DNA of 64,000 nt from Chrysomallon squamiferum (lineage: Eukaryota; Animalia; Mollusca): the NCBI GenBank assembly GCA_012295275.1, contig CM022673.1, forward strand, positions 27,280,001-27,344,000, read 5' to 3'. A model generated the notes under the pieces. The model saw only the letters and a list, made by a program, of their open reading frames with translations, did not search any database and was not told the DNA's origin. Both the position numbers and the translations under genes were made by a program. Shown in pieces: positions 1-14,264 of this stretch (position 1 is its first letter; each line of letters opens with the position of its first letter).

Positions 1-1427
1 TGAATGACCAACATACGTGTCTGCGAGTTCAGTGATCTCACTGTGTAAAAGGCATTTTACAGGACCTAGAGGAAACTATATACAGTGTGACTATAAAATT
101 GATGAAAAATCTGGAGCAGTGAATGATGGTATTCTTATCTTTAAACTTATAATACACGTTCAACAGTATAACCTCGGCCAGATACTGTTAATTTTAGCAG
201 TTAAAGTCTGTGGAGAATATGGCATAATTTACAAAATTCGAGTAACACCAAAGACAAATGTCACTAATAAATAATTATGTATTTTCCTACAGAGAGCAGC
301 CCAAGGTATAAAAACGAACATACATTTGCAAAATAACAACAAAAATGATGTAGAACAGCTATTTAATTGATATCCGATATGGTACGTGACATTATGGCAA
401 CAACATCAATGACACTGAATAAAGCCATCGGTTTAAATTAGTGACATATTTCAGAAAAAACAAATAATGGAAAATACTTATAACAGGCCAAAAGCATGCT
501 TTTCGAGCATTTGTACTACATCTGTACTGCCAATTAAATGTCAGCGGATCAACTCACTGAATACATTTGTATTATTAACACCAGTGTGACAAAAAACCGT
601 AATACATTTCTTCTGAGAAAGAATTAAAAAATCTCACTATCAACGTCATATAGTATTTGTCTGCTGAAAATGAGAAAAACAACAATTTATAACTAAAATC
701 ATATCTTTTGATATTGTCACAATATGACTACTACATGCTCGACAAGGATCAGTACCACCAGTAACATTTCAGGTATTCTTTCCCATACAAAAACACATCA
801 CGTATTAGGTATAGTGCTGCAATGTAATATTTATTTACCAGAACATTATTACAAGTCATTATGAACCAATATTCTGGCCAGTATTTAAGGCTGCGGTTAA
901 CATACTCGAACTGAAGAATTACTCTTTCTATCTATACATCTAAAGATCAGTTAATTATTTTCAGAACTTTCTTAATAAAACCTGTAACGAAGTACGTTTT
1001 TTTTTTTCCAGTCGTCGAAGGATGGTGTAAACCACAGAATGTGTCTTGTGATTCACCTAACTCGAGGTTCTAGAGTTATCCGAGTACACATATTTGCAGA
1101 AACAAGGTTTTCGGTGCCATGTGTTTAAACGAACCTTAAGTCACTTCGTCGGACAAACACTTAATTCGTATTTGAACAAAAATATTTACCTCTTCGGATC
1201 GTCATGGCTCGTCGACTCCTTCCGGAATTTAGTATGCATGCGTCTGAGATCAAAACATTTATATTAATATGTTAGTTTTCTTGTTAAGTTTTAAAGTTGT
1301 TTTTTGTTTTGTTTTGTTTTGTTTGTTTGTTTGTTTTTTATTTTTAGATTTGTACATATAAATTGTATTATTATTTTCAATGTGTGTTACTACAAAAACA
1401 TTTCTATTAATTAATTAAACATTATCA

Positions 1428-1925
1428 ATTAATTAAAAAATATATATATCAAAGAAGTATTTTTTTTTTTATTCATTTACTGATTGATTCTATTTTGCTT
1501 GAAAATGAACGGCGTAAAATTAACAGAATAATAACAATAATTAAGAAAATGAAAGTTAAACAAAACAAATAAATAAAACTTGCAGGTGCCATTTAGATGG
1601 ATTTATGAAAAACATATATGATTTTTTTTATTATTTTTTTTTCTTTTAATATCATCCAAAACATTTATATTTTTTTCCAGCCTACGCACGAAAATAATTA
1701 ACTAACTAACTAACTAACTAACTAACTGACTGATTAACTTACTAACTAACTAACCAACTAATCAACACTTATTTTTATTCTTCATCCTTCTTGCACATGC
1801 ATTTCTTCATCACGACTTGGGACCTCAGCTTTTCGAAGATCTGTTATTAATCATCATATTTTTCTTCCTTTCTCAAGTCCAGATGTCCATTTATGTTATT
1901 TTCATTATACCCACACTGAACACAG
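1428..1925. repeat. Diverged direct repeat, copy 1 (~0.45-0.5 kb; copy 2 at ~4771-5218)
   Basis: Collinear shared blocks, e.g. aagaagtattttt...tttactga...ttttgctt.aaaatg...aacagaataataacaataatta...atgaaagttaaa...(taac)n...ccaactaatcaacactta...acactgaacaca; boundaries approximate. Confidence 0.8.
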
Positions 1926-2416
1926 GGAACCAGGATCGGACCTCGCAGTCTGGGTCCAAGAAGGTCCAGACTGTTAGCAGCTTTATGAGAGTTCTTTCAG
2001 GTCTTAAGACCACTCGAGTTTGACTTGGAGTAGAGTTCCTTTGATAAAGTATCCGCTACAGGTACACTTTGTACAGACTTTAAACTGGATGTTATTAAAC
2101 ATATTGCTAAGATTTATTTTAAAGTGCACTTAAGGCTGTTACGAACAAACGGTCTTAAAACTTATAATTGTTATTTTGTTTCGATTTGTCATTTGTTAAT
2201 AACAAAGTTTGACGTTAAAATAATACTTCTACAAAATATCTTAATGCGCCATTTTACCCTTAGCAGCTGGAATTATGACGTCATCACATTTGTCGGACTA
2301 ATATAAATATATTAAGAACTCAACAGCAAACAAATAAAACATAACTTGAAAATAGGCAGTTTATACTTAGATTACTTTTCTTCAGAGCTCGAGATTAATA
2401 TAACACACGTATATTA

Positions 2417-2486
<70 letters not shown>

Positions 2487-2856
2487 TTTAAATTTTTTAT
2501 TATTTTTGTTTTTAACGAATTTTATTCTTGTTTTTTTTTAACGAACAGTTAACAGTGAATTATTCCTTGTTGATGTCCCTCTGACAATAGCGTGACGTCA
2601 CACGCTACTTTTACTGCACCAAAAGAAGTAATGAGTGCAAAACCGTGTCAGGATCTAAATTTTTTGGAATTAATTGATACATCTTGGGTAGGGCCTAGTA
2701 AAGTTTAATCGGAAATTATGACGGATCCCTATAGCAACTAAAATACAATTTTTTTCAAATCCCGGAATCACTACAACAGACAAAAAGCTTCGCAGATTTA
2801 AGTATATTTATAAAAAAAATTCTTAAGGTATATTTAGAATTAAAACACACACACTC

Positions 2857-2932
<76 letters not shown>

Positions 2933-3295
2933 ATATTTTCTTTCTTTTTTCTTTTAAAAAACAACAACAAAAATGTTTTAATAATGTTTAATTGTTACAT
3001 TGTGAGTAGTTAGTGAAAATATTTATTAAATTTTATTTTTTTTAAATTTTTAAAGGACGATGTTTTGATTCTTGATTTGGTAGGTAGATTCCTCTATTAT
3101 TGATTTATTTTATTATTTATATTATAATTTTTAATTTATTTCATTTCATTTCATTTTATTTTATTCTATTCTACGTTATATCTTTATTTTATTTGACTAA
3201 TTAACTGATTTATCTTTGCATATTTTTAAACAGTGAAATAACATTCTACATTTCACGCTACCATCGAAGGATCATTTGAAATACTGAACACAGTC

Positions 3296-4282
3296 ATGGA
3301 CAACGGTAACAGTGAGTTTTGTAAAGGATCGGAGCAAGCCAAACAATGTTCGAATAACATCGCCTCTAAAGCTGCCGATGAATCGAATAATCTTTTGAAT
3401 AAAGCAGTGGAAGGCACTGCAGGTGCCTATAGCAAAGCCAAGGAGGAAACAACCATTGTGTATGATAGAGTCAAACAGGAGTCAGCCTCTCTGTACAGCA
3501 AAGCCAGGGAGGAGTCAGCCGTTGTGTATGATAGAGTCAAACAGGAGTCAGCCTGTGTCTATAACAGAGTCAGACAGGATTCGATATGTTTGTACAACAA
3601 AGCCAAGGAAGAATCGGGAAATCTGCTGAGCAAGGCTAAAGAAGATACGAGTAAAGCAATACACAAAGCGAAAGACGAAACAGAAAACATACTGAACAAA
3701 GCCAAGGAGGGTACAACTATTGCAATGAACAAAGCCAAAGAAGGTACAACTAATGCAATGAGCAAAGCCAAAGAAGGTACAACTAACGCAATGAACAAAG
3801 CCAAGGAAGGTACAACTAATGTAATTAACATATGCAAGGAAAATACAACCAGTGCAGTACAAAAAGCGAAGGAGGGTGCAACCAGTGCAATGCAAAGAGC
3901 CAAAGAGAAATCGGATAATATACTTAACAAAACCAAGGAGGGTACAAGCAATGTAATGAACCTAACCGTGGAGGGTACGACTACAGCAGTGAAGAAGGCC
4001 AAGGACGGTACAGCCAGTGTAATGCAGAAGGCCCATGGGTATACAACTACTGCGATACAGAAGGCCAACGAGGGTACAATTAATGCAATACAGAAAACCC
4101 ATGATCGTACGATTAGTACGTTACAGAAGGCGAATGAATGTACAATTAATGCAATAAAAAAGACCAGCGAAAGTACGATTAGTGCATTGCAGAAGGCCAA
4201 TGAATGTACAGCTAGTGCAATGAAAAAGTCCGGTGATTATACACCCAGCGATGAATCAGGTAATGTAATGGGTAATGTTTAG
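3296..4282 (+). CDS. 328-aa hydrophilic 11-mer-repeat amphipathic-helix protein (group 3 LEA-like / perilipin-apolipoprotein-like)
   Basis: Long ORF with 33-nt periodicity (NKAKEGTTNAM units) and 22-aa units (VYDRVKQESASLYSKAREESAV); K/E/A/T/N-rich; acceptor-like tttttaaacag at ~3233 upstream of the ATG and GTAAGT directly after the TAG. The family label rests on composition and periodicity only. Confidence 0.8.
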   Translation: MDNGNSEFCKGSEQAKQCSNNIASKAADESNNLLNKAVEGTAGAYSKAKEETTIVYDRVKQESASLYSKAREESAVVYDRVKQESACVYNRVRQDSICLYNKAKEESGNLLSKAKEDTSKAIHKAKDETENILNKAKEGTTIAMNKAKEGTTNAMSKAKEGTTNAMNKAKEGTTNVINICKENTTSAVQKAKEGATSAMQRAKEKSDNILNKTKEGTSNVMNLTVEGTTTAVKKAKDGTASVMQKAHGYTTTAIQKANEGTINAIQKTHDRTISTLQKANECTINAIKKTSESTISALQKANECTASAMKKSGDYTPSDESGNVMGNV

Positions 4283-4770
4283 GTAAGTTCAAGTTCTATC
4301 AGTAAAAATCGTGTTACGCATCTTGACCAACTAATTCATTTTTAAACCAGAATCACGAAACGTTTGGTAGCTTAACAGAGAGGCTAAAAACTTTGTGAAC
4401 TAATAGAATTCTGAATAAAAACGAAATAAAAAAGTATGAAGCAAATTATTAATTATTAAATTTTTTTTTTTTTTTTTAAAAAGACAATTGTATTCGGAAC
4501 TTTTTTATATAAACCTATGGAAACATGTATTTTGTTTGTTCCAGGCATCCATGATGAATTGTCTGAACGGGACAACGAAGTTCATGATTCCCCTAGCGTT
4601 ACTTAGATGTAGATTTGGAGAAAAACAAAATCGTCGAAGCATTATGTTTAAACGCATGCTGCTTGAGTTATTTTCAAAAAAAAAAAAAAAAAAGAAAAAA
4701 AAAAATTTGTTGCGTTTTATTTCCGTTTTATTAGCTTTTATTATAAATATATTTCTACAGCTTCGTCAGC

Positions 4771-5014
4771 TAATTAAAATATTATCGAAGAAGTATTTTT
4801 TATTTTTAAATTTTATTTACTGACTGATTTGATTTTGCTTAAAAATGGACTTCGTGAGAACAGAATAATAACAATAATTATAAGAATGAAAGTTAAATAA
4901 AACAGTTCCTGCTGCCATTTAAAGATGTTTATGGAAAACATTTATTTTTATTATTATTATTTTTTAATATTAACCCAAATCCCCCCCCACATGCGCCGTG
5001 GATCACACGAAAAG

Positions 5015-5050
<36 letters not shown>

Positions 5051-5213
5051 GACCAACCAACCAACCAACTAATCAACACTTATTATTCTTTATCCACCTT
5101 CTACATACATTTCCCATAACGATTTGGGGTTAAAGCTTCTTGAAGAATTCTAATTAATAAATAAACCTTTCATTCCATTCCATTTTATTTCAGATGTATT
5201 AAACCTACACTGA

Positions 5214-5218
<5 letters not shown>
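4771..5218. repeat. Diverged direct repeat, copy 2 (see 1428-1925)
   Basis: Same ordered sequence blocks as copy 1, including the (taac)n tract and acactgaacaca end. Confidence 0.8.
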
Positions 5219-5246
<28 letters not shown>

Positions 5247-7217
5247 AATAACTAAATAAATAAATAATGAAAAAAATATATATATATATATGTATATATA
5301 TAAATTAATAAATAAATAAGTAAATAACTAAATAAATAAAATAAATTTAAAAAATAATAATAAATGAAAAAGAAACCATTCCGTAAACTCTTTATAATTT
5401 ATTCAACATTTCGCCTTTATACGGCTAATTTGATTTAACTTACAGATGCATCACCACTACACTAAATATATACTCAACCAGTTAAATAACACAACAATCA
5501 AAAATCCCTTAATGAATACTTTGTACAAACCTCTAACACAAATAATACACCAAATAATAAATATTGCACACTCGGCCTGAAAGCAGTAACTTTCAAAAGT
5601 AAAGCTAAATTCTTTTTGTAAGTTAATTATAATATTTAAACAAATTTACAGTTACACAGGTTTTTTTGTTGTAAAAAACCCGTTACTTTGACCGGTTTGG
5701 AATTATGATATGGGCTAGTTAGAATTCTTAATTTCCCCCATCCTTAGGATTATTAAATTGCCACTCATGATTTTATATATATATATATATACACACATAC
5801 ATATATATATAAATTCTTGCTTCAGTCGTAATAACGGGTCAAAGACAAATTCATCGTGCAAAACAACACATAATATAAATATATTAATCTACTGGTTAGT
5901 TAATAAAAAAATAATTTGTTCATTCCTTGTGTAATAATGATATGTTAGGTAAGAATTGTCATGGATGGAAAACATGGTGGGGAAATGAGGTGGGTACAGG
6001 TGTGGGTTTGTGCGTATGTTGATTGTCACGAAATGAACATTATATCAGCATTAATTATAAAAGGTTGTTTGTTTTTTTTTTCAACATAGGACGATTTTAT
6101 ATATATATATATATATATATGTTAGATTTTTTAATTGTTTTTTTACTCACAAATTGTAAATATTTATGTTACTAACGATTACTAAACGAACTAGTACATT
6201 TTGCTTTTTGTTGCTGCAGTATTCAATTTGATTAGTATTTCATTGTGGAATAACCTAATGTATAAAACTGTGTATGTTATAAATGTTATATATCCAGGAA
6301 TTACGAGTAAATCTGAACAAGTCATTAACATTTCAATAGATTTGTATGAGTCAAACGTCAACAGCTATCACTGACGTTTTAAAATTTAGATTTTAAAATC
6401 TTCAAGAAGCACTTTTAGTCCTCTTTGACGAAATTATTATTATTATTTTAAAATCCTAGACAATAATAGTGAGAGTCATGTTAAATATCCCGTTCCTGCC
6501 TGTTCCTGCGAGTCTTTTGAAACGTCATGACATCGCTCGATGTTTTCCACGGCTAACGATATTTCTTGCAGTTTCTGTCTTGCTAAGAATCAGAGAATCA
6601 ATCCTTCGGGTTCAATCAACAAACACAAAATACCTACACAGACACGAAATTCAAGGACGGAACCAGACAGACGTGCCGAAAAAGCACGAGAACGTAAGCG
6701 AAACGTAGATACATAACGAAATCACGATGACGTTGAAATTAATGGATCCACCGTTGAATCAGTCGTAGTAAACTTTTTTTTCTTTTTCTTTTTTTTCCCA
6801 AGGGTTGTGGATTAATGTAACGAACAAACCGATTTCGTAGCAGCGTAATTCATCAGTGAACATCCAAGCACGACAAAACTTGTTACAAAAAATTATTAAT
6901 TAAAAAAAAACCCAAAACAACCAGTGTGGACTGAAAAAGGCTTATACTGCAGCTAATCTCATTGTTGTTGTTGTTGTTATTATTATTATATCACGTTTCT
7001 TCGAAAAGCGTCCTGGGTGAATAATTATTCATAAAGAGAGTTAATAATGTTAAAGCATATGATCTCCGTGTCCTTTTTAAAAAAAAGAAGAATTAAAAAA
7101 AAAATAAAAATAACAAATGTTCACAATTATTGAATTTTCAATCGACCGCCAGCAAAAGTTTTACTGACGTTTTTAACAAAAATTCAGGGTTTATGACGTC
7201 ATTTGAAAGGCTAATAA

Positions 7218-8075
7218 TTATCGTTGTCTCCAAGGAGAAAACTTGATGGGTCCTTTGGGTTTAATGTTTGCGAAGTCGGCGTTTGCTCCTCTGAAAAACA
7301 AGAATAAAATTGTAAACGAACAAACAGAAACAAACAGTTAAAGACAACAATTATTAAATTATATTACATTACGTGGACTGAGAATTAAGTAGAGACTACT
7401 TAACAAATGCTTGATATTTGTTTAGGAACATTCGTTTAAAAGGCTCCTTGTCCGATGATATACATGCTTCCAGGAATCATAGTCTTGTTTTGTTGAAACA
7501 CTCGTCACTAACATTATGGTTAAATAAAACCAAAGATTACCGGGAAGACTTAATAAGACGTAATATATATTTAACAGTGTGCAGTCAGAGATGAGTATTA
7601 GCTATATTTTTGATGATTCTAACATTTAAAATTAACTTATTATTATTATTATTATTATTGTTGTTGTTGTTGTTGTTAAAGAGTAGTCGTCAACAACAAA
7701 TTTATTACATACATTTTTTTTCCGTTTTGAAACATATCATTACAGGTAAAAGGTAATAAAATCATAATTATAACGTCATGATTTTAATATTTCTTGTATG
7801 AAATATAAATTCCAGCGGGACGTTCAAGCTTACTTTTGTATTGCGAGTTGTAACGTGGTGCCCGCTCCTTTGATCAGCTGGTGAGCCTGCATGTGAGTTA
7901 GATCGTGAGCGCGATGTTGTCCTATAGCCAGGATGACGTCACCGTGGTTGAGGTTGCCGTCGGCAGGAGTTCCAGGCATTACCTGAAAGAACACAAGAGT
8001 TTGTACAGCTGACAGAGATCTAAATGCGACTTGTTGCAGGACAGGTTCTAATTACGGGAATTCAGATGCTGTGTT

Positions 8076-8123
<48 letters not shown>

Positions 8124-8252
8124 GCAGTGAAGTGCATGTTAATGTACTGGTGTGTGTTGTACATGTGTCTTCACGAGTGTGTTTGTGTGTGTATGTGTGT
8201 GTTTGTGTGTGTATGTGTGTGTGTGTGAATCAGATACAATGAGATGACGATA

Positions 8253-8325
<73 letters not shown>

Positions 8326-8455
8326 ATTTTGATACATATAATTGCGACCATGATAAAGAAATGGATTTAATTTATTATATATATATTGGAACATATTGCC
8401 ATTAATATATGCTATAAATGGTGGAGAAACTTTACATTATTATTATTATTGTTTT

Positions 8456-8488
<33 letters not shown>

Positions 8489-8992
8489 CTTCTTCTTCTT
8501 CTTCTTCTTCTTCTTCTCATGATTATTATTATTATTATTATTATTATTATTTGTCATGTTGTTGTGTTGTTGCTGCTGCTGTTGTTTGAATGACATGGAC
8601 TTAATCGAATTAAGCAAATATCTTAAACATTCTCCCTCCTCCAAAAAAAAACCACCAAAAAAATGTAATATTTAAATATCCTTCTTCCAAAGAAAACACT
8701 GTTTATACAAAGACTTAATTTATATACAGTTCTTGGCTCCGCGCTTCCGATTTCTTAAAGATTTACAGGAACCGCCTTTGGTATTTAACGGCAAACGGAG
8801 CAAATTATTGAAAGACGATACGAACCTAAACCGTACTAGACAAACTACTATTTATATAATCCAAGCGATAACTCAAAACACGATTCTAATTTTAGACATG
8901 CAAAACATGTGCAAAAAAAAAAAAAAAAAAAAAATATTGGCTCTGATTGGCTCTTCCTCTTTGTTTCATTTTTCTTTTTTCAATTTAATTTT

Positions 8993-9030
<38 letters not shown>

Positions 9031-9475
9031 TGACTACGGGCTTTTGTAAGTAAATCTTTGCCAGGTTTCTGTGATACATAATCTACGTCTGTAACACTTT
9101 CTCTTTGTTTTTACAGCTGCTGATCTCACAGACTCGTCGAAGGGAAAATAAGCTTTGCTTGATTTACGTATCTGGTAAGCAAGGTCGTTTCTAATTAAGC
9201 TAAATGTGTCTGTTCTTTTATTAACGATCTGTTTTATTAGCCCAAAGGTTGTGACCACTTGAGTTTCTGAGGTCCTTTCAAGGTAAATTCAAAAAAAAAA
9301 AAAAAAAAGTTATAATAATAATAATAATAAAAATGAAAGGTATGAGCTCACTAAAGCACACATATTTAGATGCTATAAAAATATAAAAAGATTTATGCCA
9401 AAAGTCATAACGCAGATAGCTAAGCTAATTAACAAATCTTTAGCCAAATTTTGTTTTAATTGGATGACGCAGGCA

Positions 9476-9538
<63 letters not shown>

Positions 9539-9876
9539 TAATGTATAGAAGAATGTACTTTAACATGAGAATTTTGGAAGGAACCAATTCAGGTAATGAC
9601 ATCTACAAATGAAGAGAACGGAAAGACGGAATTATTTATTTGAATGGCTGCCAAGAAAACCTCCGAAAAATGTTTTTTGATTGTTTTTGAAGTCTAACGC
9701 ACAGTAAATAACCGAAGGTTCAAGAGTGAGTGTCGTGTTTTGTTCCACGTGATCAGACAGTTAAAAGATTCGCTAAGTGCTGCTTTAATGATGCCTGCAG
9801 TTCAGAAATAAAAGAACAAAAACAAAAACAAAAAAACAAACAAATAAAAATTCTTCTTAGCAGTACTAAATCCAGG

Positions 9877-9937
<61 letters not shown>

Positions 9938-11167
9938 CAACAACAACAACAACGATGACGACGTCGACAATATCAGCAATAAAAATGATACAATTGCTAC
10001 ATCCATACATATACATAACAAATACACACATACACACAAACAAACATTTTATGCAGATAAAATAATAATAATAATAATAAACACAGCATATGATAAATTC
10101 AAAGAGACTACTGAATTATTATACTAACTATTTTTGGGGAGTTACAATGCTCTTGTTGTTTTAGATGCCAAATCACAAATGTATGACGACAATCGCTTAC
10201 GTCTTAGCAGCGGAAATGACGCAATGTAGCAACAAGACCATTATGTAACTGTAACTGCGACCGCAAGTAAACAAGAAGATAATTTTATCCATCTGTCTAG
10301 CACTCTAGCTCAGAACTGTGTATCTAAACAAGGATTCCTGTTATTCTGGCATGTTATCATTGTGGAATTTCTCTGTAACAGCGCGTGTAACTTACGACGT
10401 ACTTTCGTAGCAGGTAAGTTATTCAGCTAACTGGAAGCGCCCTCACTTCGATGTTGACAATAATAAATTATAATTTTGAAGAAACCGAAACCATCAGACA
10501 TTCTAAATTAAATATTTTATTTGAAAACAGCAACAAGCACACAGTACACATAGAGTCACGTGTAAATTATACAGATTAGGCCACATACAAACATATGTAT
10601 TATTCATCTACACAAAAACGCGCACGTTCACGTGTGTAAAAAAAAATAATTGATGAATAGAATGCATGTATAGTTACATTCATATAACTTAAATATTTAT
10701 TTCAAACGAAAATTATTTTATTATAGAAAAAATATAATGCAAATGTCTGTATAATTCAATGGAAAAAAAAAATAACAAAAAATAAAAATAAATAAAAATA
10801 ATAATAATAATAATAATAATATGAAGAAGAAGAAGAAAAAGAAGAAAACTAGTCATATAAACTGGTAAAATTGTTTATACCAGGGCATTATTTTTACATA
10901 TGTTTAAAATATATTATCCAGATCAGTTTTATAGCAAATACAATTTGGTAATTAATCGACCAGGCACTCAAACACAGTATACTTCATTTAAAGCAGTAAG
11001 AACAGTTTCGTATAGAATATAAATTTATTTTAATACATTTTATTATGATTAATATTATCATCATCATTATTAATAATCATAGTAATACATTTTTTTTTTT
11101 TTTAATTTCATTTTCGTGTTCAATATTATGCTTTTCGATAGGACAAAACGATTAAACTATCAGAAAC

Positions 11168-11237
<70 letters not shown>

Positions 11238-12738
11238 ACTGTTGGCATAATCATTTTACACCTTCTTCACAAAAATAAATACAGTTTAAATAAAATAAAA
11301 TAAAAAGTACGAGAATACGATTAAAAATGTCAAAAAAATAACTTAGTAATTTCATTAAAATTATTTAAATTTATACATGTTGTGAATCTTAATACATCTA
11401 TAGTGTGTTTCTAACAATTATCTGTAAAATAATAAGTATCTAATGTTTTGATGAACAGAGTTATTACAGAAATGTTATCAATCATCATGTCTGGTGAGAA
11501 CGAGGTTTGACGTCATCGAATCATTTGCAGAATGCGGTGACTAGTTCATAATGAAAACTGCATTCTTTCATAACAGGGTACGAAGTAATTGCATGTTGTT
11601 GATGTTATTATTATTATTGTAGTTATTGTTAAAAAATTATTTATTTATTACATTTTTTTTTTTTTTTTTTGTTATCGTTTTTATTATTACAGTTGTTATT
11701 GTTGTTGTTATTGTTGAACTGAAAATGATCAAATTTCTAAACATGCAAAGGTCTTCATTAACGCAGCTTCTAATCCAACCATTTTGTACACACACACACG
11801 CTTCTCGTTCTAAAGTTACTGGGAAACGTTGCTTATTAGTTTGTGAACGATCATTTTAAATCGTATTTAAATCTATTTTACATGACTTGGGCAGGTCCAT
11901 TTGGTTTAGCAATTAACGTATAATCGTGTTACGCACATTATCGGTTTTCTGTAGGTGGTAACCTGTTCCCCACACTTCTACCTGAACCTAGCAGTATTAA
12001 GACGTACTGCTTCACCACGGCTCTGTTGAGAAAAGTGTCCTTATCTAGCAAACAGCTATCATAGCATCACTGACAGATTTGTTTTTTATCGCGTAGGAAT
12101 ACATCTAAAGTTAACTTAGTTATTTATCTCCGTTGCTAGAGAGATAACACAAAGCAATACAGCCGCAGTTACGCAGCCTTTCTTTTTCCTTTTTTATTTT
12201 CTTTCTTCTTTTTTTAAAGATATATGTTTAAAGCAAATCCTGACCGACACGTATAATATTTATTATTCTTTTTAGCAGAAAGCGAAAAGAAAACCTCGGA
12301 ACCGAGAATCACAGAGTTTACTGAGAGCATTTCCCCGCCCATATACAGAAAGAATGGCGGGTATCACATTTCCATTTCTGTCTACATCTGGGGTTTTCCG
12401 TCGCTGTACAGCAAGTTTCGTGCATTCCTCGGAATGAAACATGTTTAATCATACACAGAGGATCCAGTGGTTTACATTCTGACACATTGCTGTCGTTAAT
12501 TTAATAATCTTTAAATTATTAAGTAGGCTAATTCCGTGACATGCAAAACAAATAAACAAATAAAGAAAAGAAGAAAGAAAGAAAGAAAAAATAATAATAA
12601 TAATAAAAATAATAATAGGGAATGAAAAAAAAAAAGAAAGAAAGAAAAGAAAGAGCTTCCACAGAAAGCTACACGAACATTTCCGTACCACGCCCACATC
12701 ACGCGCACTCAGACATTGGGCTCGAAATAGATTTACCG

Positions 12739-12779
<41 letters not shown>

Positions 12780-13621
12780 TGGAATTTTATTTTATTTTAT
12801 TTAGTATTGAAAAAGAAAAAGAAGAAGACATATTGGTATCGTCACACGGTTCTATATTTAAGCCAGACACTCTGAGAACTGAGCAGTCAGAGATCGCTTG
12901 TTTAGTTGTTTTCTGTTACTCACGCAAACAGCTCTGATTGTTTTAACAACCACGTCTGGTATCTGCGAGCCTTTTCTGCGTATCCTTCTCAGTGACGTAT
13001 TAAACTGTTTCTCCTAGCAACACATTAACTTAGTCCGAATGTTTCATATGTAACAAGTCTTAATAAATCATGATGGTTCGCAATACACACTGAATGTGAG
13101 TTTGTGTGTGTGTGTGTTACCATAACTACTATTAATACACTGCTGCTTTTAGTATTTATTATACTACTACTGATACGACTGCTACTGTTACTTCTACTAG
13201 TAGTAGTAGTAATAGTACTGCTTTATTAATATTAGTACTAGTACTATAACTACTACTACAATGTCTGGTACTTGTTACATCTGTCACCATTGTTAAAACT
13301 ACCGCTATTAGTACTACTACTACTACTATTACACCTACTATCTCAACTTCTACTACTATTATTATACGTTTCCATTTTCATAACTACTTACAGTGAAAGA
13401 AAAAGAAAAAGAAGAAGAAAAGAAAAGAAAAGACCCTAACATCTACAGGTGGCTTTTATCCAGGTCTACACACATACCCACACAAAAAAAAAAAAAAAAA
13501 AAAAAACACCACTTACCTTTTTCACAGATAATTCCATCCGAAAATCCCGCCCGCCCTGCAAGCGGAACCCCCAGGGTTCGTGAGCCCTCCGGTGCAGCGT
13601 TACCGACTGTGGGGCGGCCAT
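7218..13621 (-). CDS. PDZ-only PDLIM/Zasp (ALP/Enigma)-type protein, 108 aa, 3 coding exons: 13621-13517, 7982-7834, 7290-7218
   Basis: [35 protein letters not shown]|[50 protein letters not shown]|[23 protein letters not shown]; PWGFRLQGG is the PDLIM PDZ signature; GT-AG introns with consistent phases (0, 2); total 327 nt. Absent from the ORF track. Confidence 0.9.
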
Positions 13622-14015
13622 AGTCACCCCCGGGAAAGAGAAAGTGGAAGAAAGTTATGCACTACGTTTCTTTGGCTTTGACCTTCAGGAATGACTGCCG
13701 CCGCTTCCAAATAACTGCAGAGAAAGACGTGCCTCTGTTCTTCCTTGGTGTAGCAGCGTGCGAGCTAAGAATAGGTAGATATGTACGTGTGCAGGTTAGC
13801 TGACGATTCTTCTTCATTAGATACTTACAGAACGTTGCCAAAAGTGTGTAATACTATTTCCCTTTTTACTAGCGTTGTTATGGACACAGTGTTGAAGTCT
13901 TATAATGATTAAGAGTTTTGTAAGGAAACTGTGTTTGCATGTATGTGTGTGTGTGTGTGCTGAGTGTTTGTGCTTGTTGTTTGTGTGCATGTAGATTAGT
14001 ACAAGTGTGTGCTGA

Positions 14016-14052
<37 letters not shown>

Positions 14053-14187
14053 TGTGGGTGGGTGGGGGTGTCTGTGCGCTTCATCTTAAATCTTAAATAT
14101 TTTCAAGGAATTTGAAACATGCACGCAGCATACACTTATATTAATATACCATTTCATAAATACACCACTCACAACACATACACACAC

Positions 14188-14264
<77 letters not shown>

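Noticed and set aside
17-274. 85-aa ORF at window start
   Set aside because: GTG start, no recognisable motif or convincing exon boundaries.
3423-4200. Alternative-frame and antisense ORFs (68, 115, 213 aa) over the LEA-like gene
   Set aside because: Shadows of the repetitive sense ORF; no independent signals.
8024-10127. Poly-CV, poly-SL, poly-N/I/Y ORFs
   Set aside because: Translations of (GT)n, (GA)n and (AAT)n microsatellites in the PDZ gene intron; the same applies to similar ORFs at 14.1, 16.7, 30.3, 34.1, 35.5 and 41.6 kb.
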